Shown piece after piece: positions 56,184 through 64,000 of a stretch of 64,000 bases of DNA. The DNA lies in assembly GCF_048261455.1 (NCBI RefSeq), contig NZ_JBLXGA010000002.1, positions 170,648 through 234,647 on the forward strand. The letters run 5' to 3'. The number at the start of each line of letters is the position of its first letter. The first letter of the stretch is position 1. The notes beneath the pieces were generated by a model. The model made no database searches. It saw nothing but the letters and a program-made list of their open reading frames with translations, and had not been told where the DNA came from. The stretch comes from Devosia sp. (lineage in GTDB: Bacteria; Pseudomonadota; Alphaproteobacteria; Rhizobiales; Devosiaceae). Position numbers and translations under genes: made by a program.

Positions 56184-58920
56184 TGACAATCAGGTTCGCG
56201 TGGAGTTTGGACCTGATCTGCCACACCGCGCTCTAGGCTTGGACGACTTCTCTTGCGGGATACAGCCCGGATTTATCGTGCAGGATGTTCCCCTGTCAGC
56301 ATCTCGCAAGACGTTAGGGGTAGGCACCGCAATAGCAGTGCGAACCATCTCTTCCCTTGAACAAGTATCTGTCCAGTTTCACGCGACCGGCGACACACGT
56401 TGGATTCCATATGAGCGGCTTGCGCGAATAATGGATCCGAAACTCCAATATGTTCGCGGTGAAATGAAATTTCGAGACAGCGGCGAGCGGACAGCCCTCA
56501 ACCTGATGGCACATGCTCTTCGCACTTGGAACGAGTCGACGGGAGCTCTGGATCGCCTAGACGTCGACCCACTTCCGCACCAAATCACACTTGTCCATCG
56601 CATACTTAGTTCCGGTAATACAAACTGGCTGATAGCCGATGACGTTGGCCTCGGAAAGACGATTGAGGTCGGATTACTCCTGGGAGCGCTCGAGCGAAGG
56701 CAGAACATCCGCCGTATACTGATTATTGTTCCGTCTGGCCTGACCCGTCAGTGGAAAGATGAAATGCTGACGAAGTTTAATCGGCTATTTCGCATATTTG
56801 GACGAGATTTCGACGTCGAACGGCCGAATGAGTGGGGCCTCTACGAGAGGGTTATCGTATCCCTGGACCTCGCAAAGCCCCGAACAAATGATGACGACGG
56901 CAGTGATTTCTCTACTCGGTTTGGCTCGATACTCGCAGCTGGTAAATGGGACGTTGTGATCTTTGATGAGGCACATCGGCTGTCTCGGGATGCAACCGGC
57001 CGGACGACACTACGGTACAAGTTAGCGAAAGCGCTTCGAGAGCGCTCGGATTCAGTTTTGCTTCTGACGGGAACACCGCACCAAGGAGATGTTGGGCGCT
57101 TTCAAAACCTACTTAAGCTTGCGAGGCCGGATCTCGGAGAAGCAATTGAGGACATTGAGGGGGACCCGTCTGTTGTTGCAGATATCGTTCTGCGCAACCG
57201 CAAGATTGACGTGGTCGATGCCGAGGGTCACTTCATCTTCCAAGGCGTTCTGGTTCGCCGCGCCGAAATTCCCAATAGCCCGGAGACGATCGAACTCGAG
57301 CGAAGATTGAGCCTTTACCTTCGGCGTGGCTACCGTGCTGGTGACAGCATTGGTGGGCGTTCCGGTAGAGCAATCGGCTTTGTCATGACGATTTACCGCA
57401 AGCTAGCTTCTTCTTCGGTATGGGCGCTTTTGGTAGCCATGACCAAGCGGAAGCAACGCCTGCTTGGGGAAATACCGAGCGGTCCTTCGACAATAGAACT
57501 CGACGTAGAGGCTCAATTCGAGATTGAGGAAGACAACGACGACCTGGCGGACGCCAACATTGAGGGGGCGACGGGTCTCTTCTTTGAAGACGAACTAAGA
57601 GACCTAGACGCCGTACTCTCGCAAGCCCGAGCGAGCATTTCGGCCGACCGCAAAATTCTTGAGCTTGAAAAGCTGATAGCCGACCTCGTCGTAGCTCAGC
57701 ACAGAAAGGTGCTCATATTCACAGAGTATCGTGCAACGCAATCTTATATACAGGACCGCATAGAAAGAGAACTTGATCGGAGATCAGCATTAATACATGG
57801 CGGGATGACCGTGGACGAAAAACAAGCCGCGATCTCCGATTTTGACGCCAATACACAAATACTTATTTCTACTGAAGCAGGAGGGGAAGGCCTCAACTTA
57901 CAACGGCACTGTCACGTACTAGTGAATTACGACCTCCCATGGAATCCGGCACGGTTGCAGCAGAGGATAGGTCGGCTTTACAGATATGGCCAGAAAGAGA
58001 AGGTTGTTGTTATTAATATTGCTTCTAAAGATACTATCGACAACCAGGTACTAACTACAGTTCTCGAGCGACTAGAGGCCGTCGTCAGGCAGATGGGACC
58101 CGTAAGTGCCGAGTACGATGAACGGCACCATTCGGAAGTTCTGGGAGATCTTCTCGACCGTCTAGACATTAACGATCTACTCGAGGAAGCTAGAAGTGGC
58201 GGCGTTGAACGAACGGCCCAGAGAGTTGATGATGCCATTCAACGAGCACGCGATTCCAAGCGTCTTCAAGATGACATCCTAGCAAACATTTCAACTCTAG
58301 ACGGAAACAGCTGGCAACGGCTAGGAGCCTTTACTACGCGCGACCTTGCATTATTTATTAAGCGTGCTGCGGCATTGCTAAATATAGAAGTGAATGAGTT
58401 TGACAATGTGGAGCGTTTTGATCTTCGATTACCTGAGCGGCTTCGCGGACGCTTCTCTGAGTTCGCCAACCGGACTTCCGTTGAGGTGCGCACAAATAGG
58501 ACAGGTTCATCCGGCCGTATATTGCTAGATTTTTCATCTACCTTTGTTTCCTATCTCGTTACGTCAGTAACCCGCCCAGAATTCGGAGGTGGGTTCGGCG
58601 CAATCGCAGCGGGGGAGGAGCACCTACTGATTGCGGCAATGCTCATTCACTTTCAGAATGAGCAAGGCCAGCATCGGGGAGCCGATTTGGTGGCCGCGTC
58701 ACGGGATCAGAGTGGGCACATCGAAGTGGACAACTCACGTCTTCGAACTCTTTTTGAGAGAGTTCAACGTACTGGGTTGATTGAGGCCAGTGATCCAAAG
58801 GATCGAATGGATCGGATTGAGGCAGTTCTCGACCGCATCGAGACTCGGGTCGCAGCGCTTTCGGAAATTACAAGGCACGCTGGCGGCATCTTCCCAGTAG
58901 GTATCGTACAACTGGACTAG
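56086..58920 (+). CDS. RapA/HepA-like SNF2-family ATPase
   Basis: Two N-terminal Tudor/SH3-like modules precede the ATPase core. The core carries PHQ, ADDVGLGKT (motif I), VIFDEAHRL (II), LLLTGTP (III), STEAGGEGLNLQ (V) and QQRIGRLYRYGQ (VI). A ~300-aa C-domain follows. The size and order match E. coli RapA. The start is ambiguous among TTG 56050, ATG 56086 and GTG 56101. Confidence 0.85.
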   Translation: MLGEDVETLKPVLDCWVKETSTGHLGRVVQHLSDNQVRVEFGPDLPHRALGLDDFSCGIQPGFIVQDVPLSASRKTLGVGTAIAVRTISSLEQVSVQFHATGDTRWIPYERLARIMDPKLQYVRGEMKFRDSGERTALNLMAHALRTWNESTGALDRLDVDPLPHQITLVHRILSSGNTNWLIADDVGLGKTIEVGLLLGALERRQNIRRILIIVPSGLTRQWKDEMLTKFNRLFRIFGRDFDVERPNEWGLYERVIVSLDLAKPRTNDDDGSDFSTRFGSILAAGKWDVVIFDEAHRLSRDATGRTTLRYKLAKALRERSDSVLLLTGTPHQGDVGRFQNLLKLARPDLGEAIEDIEGDPSVVADIVLRNRKIDVVDAEGHFIFQGVLVRRAEIPNSPETIELERRLSLYLRRGYRAGDSIGGRSGRAIGFVMTIYRKLASSSVWALLVAMTKRKQRLLGEIPSGPSTIELDVEAQFEIEEDNDDLADANIEGATGLFFEDELRDLDAVLSQARASISADRKILELEKLIADLVVAQHRKVLIFTEYRATQSYIQDRIERELDRRSALIHGGMTVDEKQAAISDFDANTQILISTEAGGEGLNLQRHCHVLVNYDLPWNPARLQQRIGRLYRYGQKEKVVVINIASKDTIDNQVLTTVLERLEAVVRQMGPVSAEYDERHHSEVLGDLLDRLDINDLLEEARSGGVERTAQRVDDAIQRARDSKRLQDDILANISTLDGNSWQRLGAFTTRDLALFIKRAAALLNIEVNEFDNVERFDLRLPERLRGRFSEFANRTSVEVRTNRTGSSGRILLDFSSTFVSYLVTSVTRPEFGGGFGAIAAGEEHLLIAAMLIHFQNEQGQHRGADLVAASRDQSGHIEVDNSRLRTLFERVQRTGLIEASDPKDRMDRIEAVLDRIETRVAALSEITRHAGGIFPVGIVQLD

Positions 58921-58945
58921 GTTCCGCAGTCAGACGAGAGCTTAT

Positions 58946-59000
58946 CCCCACCCCACTCCCCCACTCCCCCACTCCCCCACTCCCCCACTCCCCCACCCCT
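58946..59000. repeat. Octanucleotide tandem repeat (CCCCCACT), about 6 units
   Basis: The sequence reads cccca ccccact, then cccccact four times, then cccccac ccct. The minus strand carries eight G4-5 tracts. Confidence 0.95.
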
Positions 59001-59038
59001 ATCCTCGCCCCAGCACAATCCCTCGCGAGGACCCAACC

Positions 59039-59770
59039 ATGACCCCACCTCTCATCCCCGAAACCGCCCGCGCGCATGAGGCGCTCACTCCCCGCGTCAC
59101 GGCCCTGCTGAAACAGGTCGAGCGCGCGGCCGCCAAGACCCCCGAGGCGCCGATCCCCGTCGCGACGCGGGATGTGGCGCAGGTGCTGTTTCGCGAGGCG
59201 CGGAAAATTCTCGGGCGCGAGGTGAAACGCTGGGCGGGGCGGGCGTTCGGCTCGCTCGGCGGGTTGAGCGTGGGGCTCGGGCAGCTGGCCGCCGGGCTCG
59301 AGGCCTTCGAGGCGGCGCATTTGGGCTATTCGCAAAAAGCCAAATGCGTGGTGTGGCACGTCGCGGGGCCGGTGCTGCCGGTGACGCGGCTCAAGCCGCC
59401 CGGGGTCGCGACCGGGCCGGGGGCGGCGGCAGACGACAAGGCCAGCGCGGCGCGTCAGCAACTGACCCGGCTGGTCATGGCGCGCTATGCCGCCGGGTAT
59501 GACCAGGGTTATCGCCACGCCAAGGAGGGCCTGCCGCCCGCGGCCGAATATGCCGAGCGGGTGTGGAACAGCCTGCTGCGGCACGGCGGCGACGACAAGG
59601 CGACGCGGAAGCGCGAGTTGAAGCGGCTCTATGGCACGGCGACGCCGCCATCGCACCTGATGCCCATCGGCTCGGAGCCCGGCGAATGGCAGCGGATCCA
59701 GCGCGCCCGCTGGGAGGCCCGCAAGGCGGCGCTCAGCGCCAATGAAGCGGAGGCCGGTGCGGGTGACTAA
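59039..59770 (+). CDS. Hypothetical protein (243 aa)
   Basis: A GAGGA RBS precedes the start. The gene is high-GC with a codon-like third-position bias. I recognise no motif. Confidence 0.55.
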   Translation: MTPPLIPETARAHEALTPRVTALLKQVERAAAKTPEAPIPVATRDVAQVLFREARKILGREVKRWAGRAFGSLGGLSVGLGQLAAGLEAFEAAHLGYSQKAKCVVWHVAGPVLPVTRLKPPGVATGPGAAADDKASAARQQLTRLVMARYAAGYDQGYRHAKEGLPPAAEYAERVWNSLLRHGGDDKATRKRELKRLYGTATPPSHLMPIGSEPGEWQRIQRARWEARKAALSANEAEAGAGD

Positions 59771-59818
59771 GGGGTTGCACCGGCCTCCTATTTGAAGAGT
59801 GGAGCGCACTGCACACTC

Positions 59819-59928
59819 GATGTCACCCCGGCCTCCGCGCCGGGGCCCATCCCGAGGTCTTTCCACCCTCTCTGCACGTGCTGTCCCATCTCAAGCTGAA
59901 TCCCGGCTCGGGGGCCGGGATGACACCG
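59819..59928. repeat. Two-hairpin MITE/REP-like element, copy 2
   Basis: It has the same termini as 12121..12228 (GATGTCACCCCGGC...GCCGGGGCCCATCC and ATCCCGGC...GGCCGGGATGACACCG). Confidence 0.65.
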
Positions 59929-60414
59929 TGCAAGGCCGCAGAACACCCACTTATCCCCGCCCGCAAAACCCGGCGCATACTGGTCCCGCCTCACCGCATT
60001 GGGCGGATCGATACGAACGGTTGTGGCGGGGCGCCGGGTGGGCGGGGAGTCGTCCCCGTCCGGGCGGAAAGCGTCTCGGGACGGGCCGGTTCGCCGGTCA
60101 AGCCGCTATCGACGCGAGGGAGGATGCCTGGGGCGCCTCCCGAGGGTTGCATGCCGCTCCCCAAGAGCGGCCGGACGGGCCGGCAACGACGGGGTAATCC
60201 CGGTTGTCGCGCTCCCCAGCAGCCTCGCGATGCGGCAGGGGATGCACCCCACCTCATGCGCCATAGGCCAAAAATCCCGGTCGTGCCGGTGAGGCGAGGC
60301 TTCACCACTTTTGCGGACGACCGCACGAGGCCAAGCCTCGCCGGCACCGCCTGACCTGCCGCGTACCCCGACGGGCTTTCGCCTGCCGGGTTGGGGGTGC
60401 GTGGGGTGCACACG

Positions 60415-60452
60415 AAAAAGGCCGGCACCCATCGGGCACCGGCCTTTCAAAA
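60415..60452 (-). terminator. Terminator after the FKBP gene, possibly bidirectional
   Basis: GGCCGG..CCC-loop-GGG..CCGGCC is flanked by AAAAA on one side and TTTCAAAA on the other. Confidence 0.6.
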
Positions 60453-60469
60453 CCTCGGTGAGGCGCGGC

Positions 60470-60907
60470 TTACGCCGCCTTCACCACGTCGACCAGCTCG
60501 ACGTCGAAGACCAGTTCATGGCCGGCGAGCGGGTGGTTGGTGTCGAGCTTGACGCTCTTGTCGTCGAAATCGACCACGGTGATCGGCATCACCTGGCCAT
60601 CGGCCGTGCGGGCCTGCAGCTGGGCGCCGACCTTGAGGTCGAGCTCGGCCGGGACGCCGGAGCGGTCGATGGTCTGGATCGCCTCTTCGCGGCGCGGGCC
60701 ATAGGCGGCCTCGGGCGGGATGGTGACGGTGCTCTTTTCGCCGGTCTCCATGCCTTCGAGGTGCTGGTCGAGCCCGGGGATCACCTGGCCGGCGCCGAGG
60801 GTGAACTGCAGCGGCTCGCGGCCGGCGGAGCTGTCGAACTGGGTGCCGTCGGTGAGGCGGCCGGTGTAATTGATGCGAACGGTGTCGCCAGTGCTGGCCT
60901 TGGTCAT
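60470..60907 (-). CDS. FKBP-type peptidyl-prolyl cis-trans isomerase (SlyD-like, with IF insert)
   Basis: VRINYTGRLTDGTQFDSS...LQFTLGAGQVIPGLDQHLEGM ... HPLAGHELVFDVELVDV. Confidence 0.8.
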   Translation of the reverse strand: MTKASTGDTVRINYTGRLTDGTQFDSSAGREPLQFTLGAGQVIPGLDQHLEGMETGEKSTVTIPPEAAYGPRREEAIQTIDRSGVPAELDLKVGAQLQARTADGQVMPITVVDFDDKSVKLDTNHPLAGHELVFDVELVDVVKAA

Positions 60908-61099
60908 GACAGTGCCTTTCGGAATTCTCTGCATTTTGACGGCCCGCCGCGAGGCGCCGCGGTGCGTCTTCAATCAGCCGCGCGGCACATTTTGGCTCAC
61001 GGGCGCGAACCCCTAATGTAGGAGCCGAAACCGCGATGTAAACCGCAGGGCCCGGATTTTCCGGGCGACGGGGCCTGCAGAAGCGCCCTAAATGCCGGG

Positions 61100-61624
61100 T
61101 TACGGCGCGGCGGTCATGTCGTCATTGCGGGCCGCCGGGGCGCGCTGGGCCTTGGTCCGGTCGAGCTCCTTCACCAGTTCGTCGACCGGCGGGGCATAGA
61201 TGAAACCGAAGCTGACGCAGCCATCCTTGCCGTCCACCGCATGGTGCAGCCGGTGCGCCTGGTAGAGCCGCTTCAGGTAGCCCTTGCGCGGAATATACTT
61301 GAACGGCCAGCGCTGGTGCACCAGCCCGTCATGGGCGATGAAATAGAGCACGCCATAAACGGTGATCCCCACCGCCACCCACCACAGCGGCGCCCACAAC
61401 AGGCTGCCGGCGGCGAACAGGCCAACGGCGAAGACGGCGAAGATCACGGCATAGAGGTCGTTCTTCTCCAGCCCCGGCTCATGCGGCTCGTGGTGGGACT
61501 TGTGCCAGCCCCAGCCCAGTTCGCCATGCATGATGTATTTATGCGTCCACCAGGCGAAGAACTCCATGAAAGCCACGGTGCCCACAACGATCACAAGCGG
61601 CACCAACACGGATAGAACGTCCAT
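61100..61624 (-). CDS. crtZ: Beta-carotene 3-hydroxylase
   Basis: The His boxes and AHDGLVHQRWPFKYIPRKGYLKRLYQAHRLHHAVDGKDGCVSFGFIYAPP closely match Pantoea CrtZ as I recall it. Confidence 0.85.
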   Translation of the reverse strand: MDVLSVLVPLVIVVGTVAFMEFFAWWTHKYIMHGELGWGWHKSHHEPHEPGLEKNDLYAVIFAVFAVGLFAAGSLLWAPLWWVAVGITVYGVLYFIAHDGLVHQRWPFKYIPRKGYLKRLYQAHRLHHAVDGKDGCVSFGFIYAPPVDELVKELDRTKAQRAPAARNDDMTAAP

Positions 61625-61969
61625 TGTCGCGATTCCTCTGGTCGGCATTTTCGTCTGCCCTGACCATAGGCTAGCGCCGAATTGCGGCGGATTCCACAGT
61701 GCGGGCACGATCTGGGGCTGTTGCGCGGCAAAACGTGACCATCCTGCCGCATACACCGAAGCCCGCGCCACAGGGGAGGCAAGGCCAGAGCGTGTCGCGC
61801 GGATTGCCCCCCGCATACGGCGCTACTTATCCCCGCAGCAGTGCGTCGGAATATGATGGCCTTGGATTGAGCGGCGAGCCGGGTGCTTTTGGTGAAAGGT
61901 CTCTTTGGGAAGTGTTCTTCGGCGCGCATCCCTGCCTTGGGAACGCGCGCCGCCGGCGTCTGGTCGAGA

Positions 61970-62317
61970 TCAGTTCAGAGCGGCGAGCTCGAGCTGGCAG
62001 GCCTGGGCCAGGGCCCGGTTCGGCGAGTCGGCGCCCATCGGGGTCGCCCAGCCGGCCTTTTCCACGACGCCGCGGCGGGCATAGGACGTGGCTTCGTTGA
62101 ATTCGGCCATCGTCGCGGCCGACCCGGGCGCGGTGGCACGGTTCAGGCAATAGGGGGTGAGGGCGTCAACGACGGCCGTCTCGGCAGTTTCGTTCGCAAG
62201 TTCGGTGGCGGAGCCGCCCGTCATCCAGCCACTGAAGCCAAATCCGAAGATGGAAATTGCAATAGCGCCAACAGCCGCGCCCATCAGGCCCGGCTTCACC
62301 CATTGAGGAATATTCAT
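61970..62317 (-). CDS. Small membrane-anchored hypothetical protein
   Basis: MNIPQWVKPGLMGAAVGAIAISIFGFGF forms a TM helix. A soluble domain with 2 Cys follows. Confidence 0.5.
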   Translation of the reverse strand: MNIPQWVKPGLMGAAVGAIAISIFGFGFSGWMTGGSATELANETAETAVVDALTPYCLNRATAPGSAATMAEFNEATSYARRGVVEKAGWATPMGADSPNRALAQACQLELAALN

Positions 62318-62524
62318 GAAATCATGTCCGATCGTGTCAGACCGACGCGCGGTAATGCGCGCAAGCACCACACGGTTAACACGAAACGGCCACAAACCCG
62401 GCACGAATACGTGCCGAGTAGGCCTATTGAGCCGAAAGGCGCTCCGGTCGGGACGCTCAGACGGGGAGTGAGGCCGCGGGCACGCATAGGCGCCCGCAGC
62501 GAAAAGCTCTGCCAGCAGGGCGGC

Positions 62525-63397
62525 TTAGACTTTGCCGGCGGCCTTCAGATCGGCCCACACGTCATCGTGAGGCTCGTAGCCAATCCAGCGGGCAGCTTCC
62601 TCGAGGTCCCAGGCCATGCCGGTGTTGTTCGACATGCCGTTGACCACCACGGCCGGGCCGGGCCAGGTGTCGGTGCCGGCGCGCAGCGCGGCTTCCATCA
62701 GGCGCAGATGATCGGGATCGGACAGCCACATGTTGCGGAACCACTTAAGGTTCACAGCCTGCGCTGTCCGGTCCGTCTCCCCCACATCGCCGCCACCGCC
62801 ACCGGTCAGGGTCACGGCCTGGTTGGCGCCGGCCTGGCACCAGCCGATACGGGTCGCGACGGCAGTGATGCGGCCGTCGGTGGCATTGGCGCGGGCGATG
62901 CACTCGCGCTCGCCCAGCATCTTGGTCGCGCCATAGGCGCTGCCCCAGCGATAGCCGTCGGGGGTGAAATAGCGCGTGCCGCTCATCTGCGGAGTCTGCA
63001 TACGCAGCTTGCCGTCGCCGGGGATCGGCGCGTCCTTGTAGCCGCCCATGGCGTGGTTCGACGAGGCAAAGACAAAGCGGCAGGGCCTGGTGCCGCCACC
63101 GGCGTTTTCGAGCAGATTGGCGGTCATGTCGAAGCTCTTGGCGCTCTCGTCCCAGGTCGAGGTTGGCGCCGGATTGGCGGAGGCGTAGTGGACAATGCCG
63201 TCGGCCGCGGCAACCGGCTCGCGCCAGCGGCTGTCGGCGGCGTCGGAAAGATCGGCGACGACCGCGGTGGTCTTGGGGCCGGTGGTGAACGGCACCACGT
63301 CGATCCCGGTGATGGCCTCGCACCAGTCGGCGGCTTCGAGGTGGGCGCGCAGCTTGCTGCCCAGATTGCCGGCCGCGCCGGTCACAATAATTCGCAT
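62525..63397 (-). CDS. NAD-dependent epimerase/dehydratase family protein
   Basis: MRIIVTGAAGNLGSKL. A GGAGG RBS precedes the start at 63397. Confidence 0.75.
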   Translation of the reverse strand: MRIIVTGAAGNLGSKLRAHLEAADWCEAITGIDVVPFTTGPKTTAVVADLSDAADSRWREPVAAADGIVHYASANPAPTSTWDESAKSFDMTANLLENAGGGTRPCRFVFASSNHAMGGYKDAPIPGDGKLRMQTPQMSGTRYFTPDGYRWGSAYGATKMLGERECIARANATDGRITAVATRIGWCQAGANQAVTLTGGGGGDVGETDRTAQAVNLKWFRNMWLSDPDHLRLMEAALRAGTDTWPGPAVVVNGMSNNTGMAWDLEEAARWIGYEPHDDVWADLKAAGKV

Positions 63398-63462
63398 GCT
63401 ATGTCCTCCTGTCGCGATCGCGTATAACACCTGACCACCGCTCAGAAAACGGAGAGACGCAG

Positions 63463-64000
63463 ATGCAGATTGGAATTGTTGGCCTCGGCCGAATGGGCGG
63501 AAATATCGCGCGACGGCTGATGCAGGCCGGGCATGATTGCGTGGTCTACGACATCGACGCGGCGGCGCGTGCGGAGCTCGAAGCCGATGGCGCGCGCCCT
63601 GCCGATACGCTCGAAAGCCTGGTCGGCGGGCTGACGGAATCGCCGCGCGCCATCTGGGTCATGCTGCCCGCCGGCAAGATCACCGAAGGGACCGTGGCGC
63701 ATCTCGGTTCGTGCCTTGGCGAAGGCGACATGATCATCGATGGCGGCAACAGCTACTACAAGGATGACATCCGGCGCGCCGCCGAACTGAAGAAGTCCGG
63801 CATTCATTACCTCGACGTCGGCACCTCTGGTGGTGTGTGGGGGCTGGAGCGTGGCTATTGCCTGATGATCGGCGGCGACGCCGATGCGGTGCGCCACCTC
63901 GACCCGATCTTTGCAACGCTGGCCCCCGGTCTTGGTGAGATCGAACGCACGATCCGCAATGCGGATGCCGATCCGCGCGCCGAGCAGGGCTATATCCATG
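63463..64000 (+). CDS. gnd: Decarboxylating 6-phosphogluconate dehydrogenase (short Gnd-like), 5' part; runs off the right edge
   Basis: It is absent from the track because no stop lies in the window. My translation gives MQIGIVGLGRMGGNIARRLMQAGHDCVVYDI...IIDGGNSYYKDD...YLDVGTSGGVWG. A GGAGAG RBS precedes the start. Confidence 0.8.
   Translation, partial: MQIGIVGLGRMGGNIARRLMQAGHDCVVYDIDAAARAELEADGARPADTLESLVGGLTESPRAIWVMLPAGKITEGTVAHLGSCLGEGDMIIDGGNSYYKDDIRRAAELKKSGIHYLDVGTSGGVWGLERGYCLMIGGDADAVRHLDPIFATLAPGLGEIERTIRNADADPRAEQGYIH

Noticed and set aside
58946-59000. Possible CRISPR array
   Set aside because: The units are 8 nt with no spacers, and no cas genes are present. It is a simple tandem repeat.
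58868-59866. 332-aa - ORF running through the octanucleotide repeat (translates as GEWGSG repeats)
   Set aside because: It is antisense to the better-supported 59039..59770 + gene. The repeat unit of 8 nt is not codon-periodic, and the composition is shadow-like.
59929-60414. RNase P RNA, two-piece tmRNA, 4.5S RNA or cobalamin riboswitch
   Set aside because: On both strands I did not find the universally conserved strings I remember for these RNAs: GGAAAGTCCGGGC and ACAGAACCCGGCTTA, a tRNA-like GGTTCGA T-loop with an ANDN tag frame, or the GCCACTG B12 box. An Infernal scan is needed for a definitive answer.

Overview
This is a high-GC chromosomal segment. Individual 60-nt lines in housekeeping genes count about 65% G+C. 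Gene content suggests an alphaproteobacterium of the Hyphomicrobiales/Rhizobiales type, which is inference only. I can support about 62 protein genes and 2 tRNAs (Leu-CAG, Ala-GGC). I found no rRNA, CRISPR array, transposase or integrase. Many long ORFs in the six-frame track are antisense or out-of-frame shadows typical of high-GC DNA, and I rejected them. The backbone is translation and housekeeping: infC, rpmI-rplT-pheS-pheT, cmk-rpsA, lepA, rsgA, queG, trhO and uppP, plus oxidoreductases, a CPA2 antiporter, a GGDEF protein, uxaC with a GntR regulator, an orphan crtZ and a partial gnd. Seven things stand out. (1) At 1.2-8.6 kb, four secreted beta-barrel paralogues with a conserved hinge and hypervariable C-terminal tails are interleaved with two PaaK/CapK-like adenylate-forming ligases. 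A third ligase/barrel divergent pair lies at 48.6-50.7 kb. I know of no described system that couples these families. (2) A low-GC island at 55.0-58.9 kb, next to lepA, carries an unknown 345-aa protein overlapping a RapA-like SNF2 ATPase. It ends at an octanucleotide (CCCCCACT)n repeat. (3) An orphan OAS/cGAS-like nucleotidyltransferase behind an AT-rich promoter sits between infC and rpmI. (4) Three translationally coupled genes (ASCH domain, DEDDh exonuclease, small unknown) are wedged between pheS and pheT. (5) A solitary gene encodes an unrecognised N-terminal module fused to an HNH nuclease. (6) A 1,037-bp duplicative insertion delivered an Omp25-like gene. (7) Two-hairpin MITE-like repeats are present. 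All functional calls rest on my reading of the translated motifs. No database search was run.
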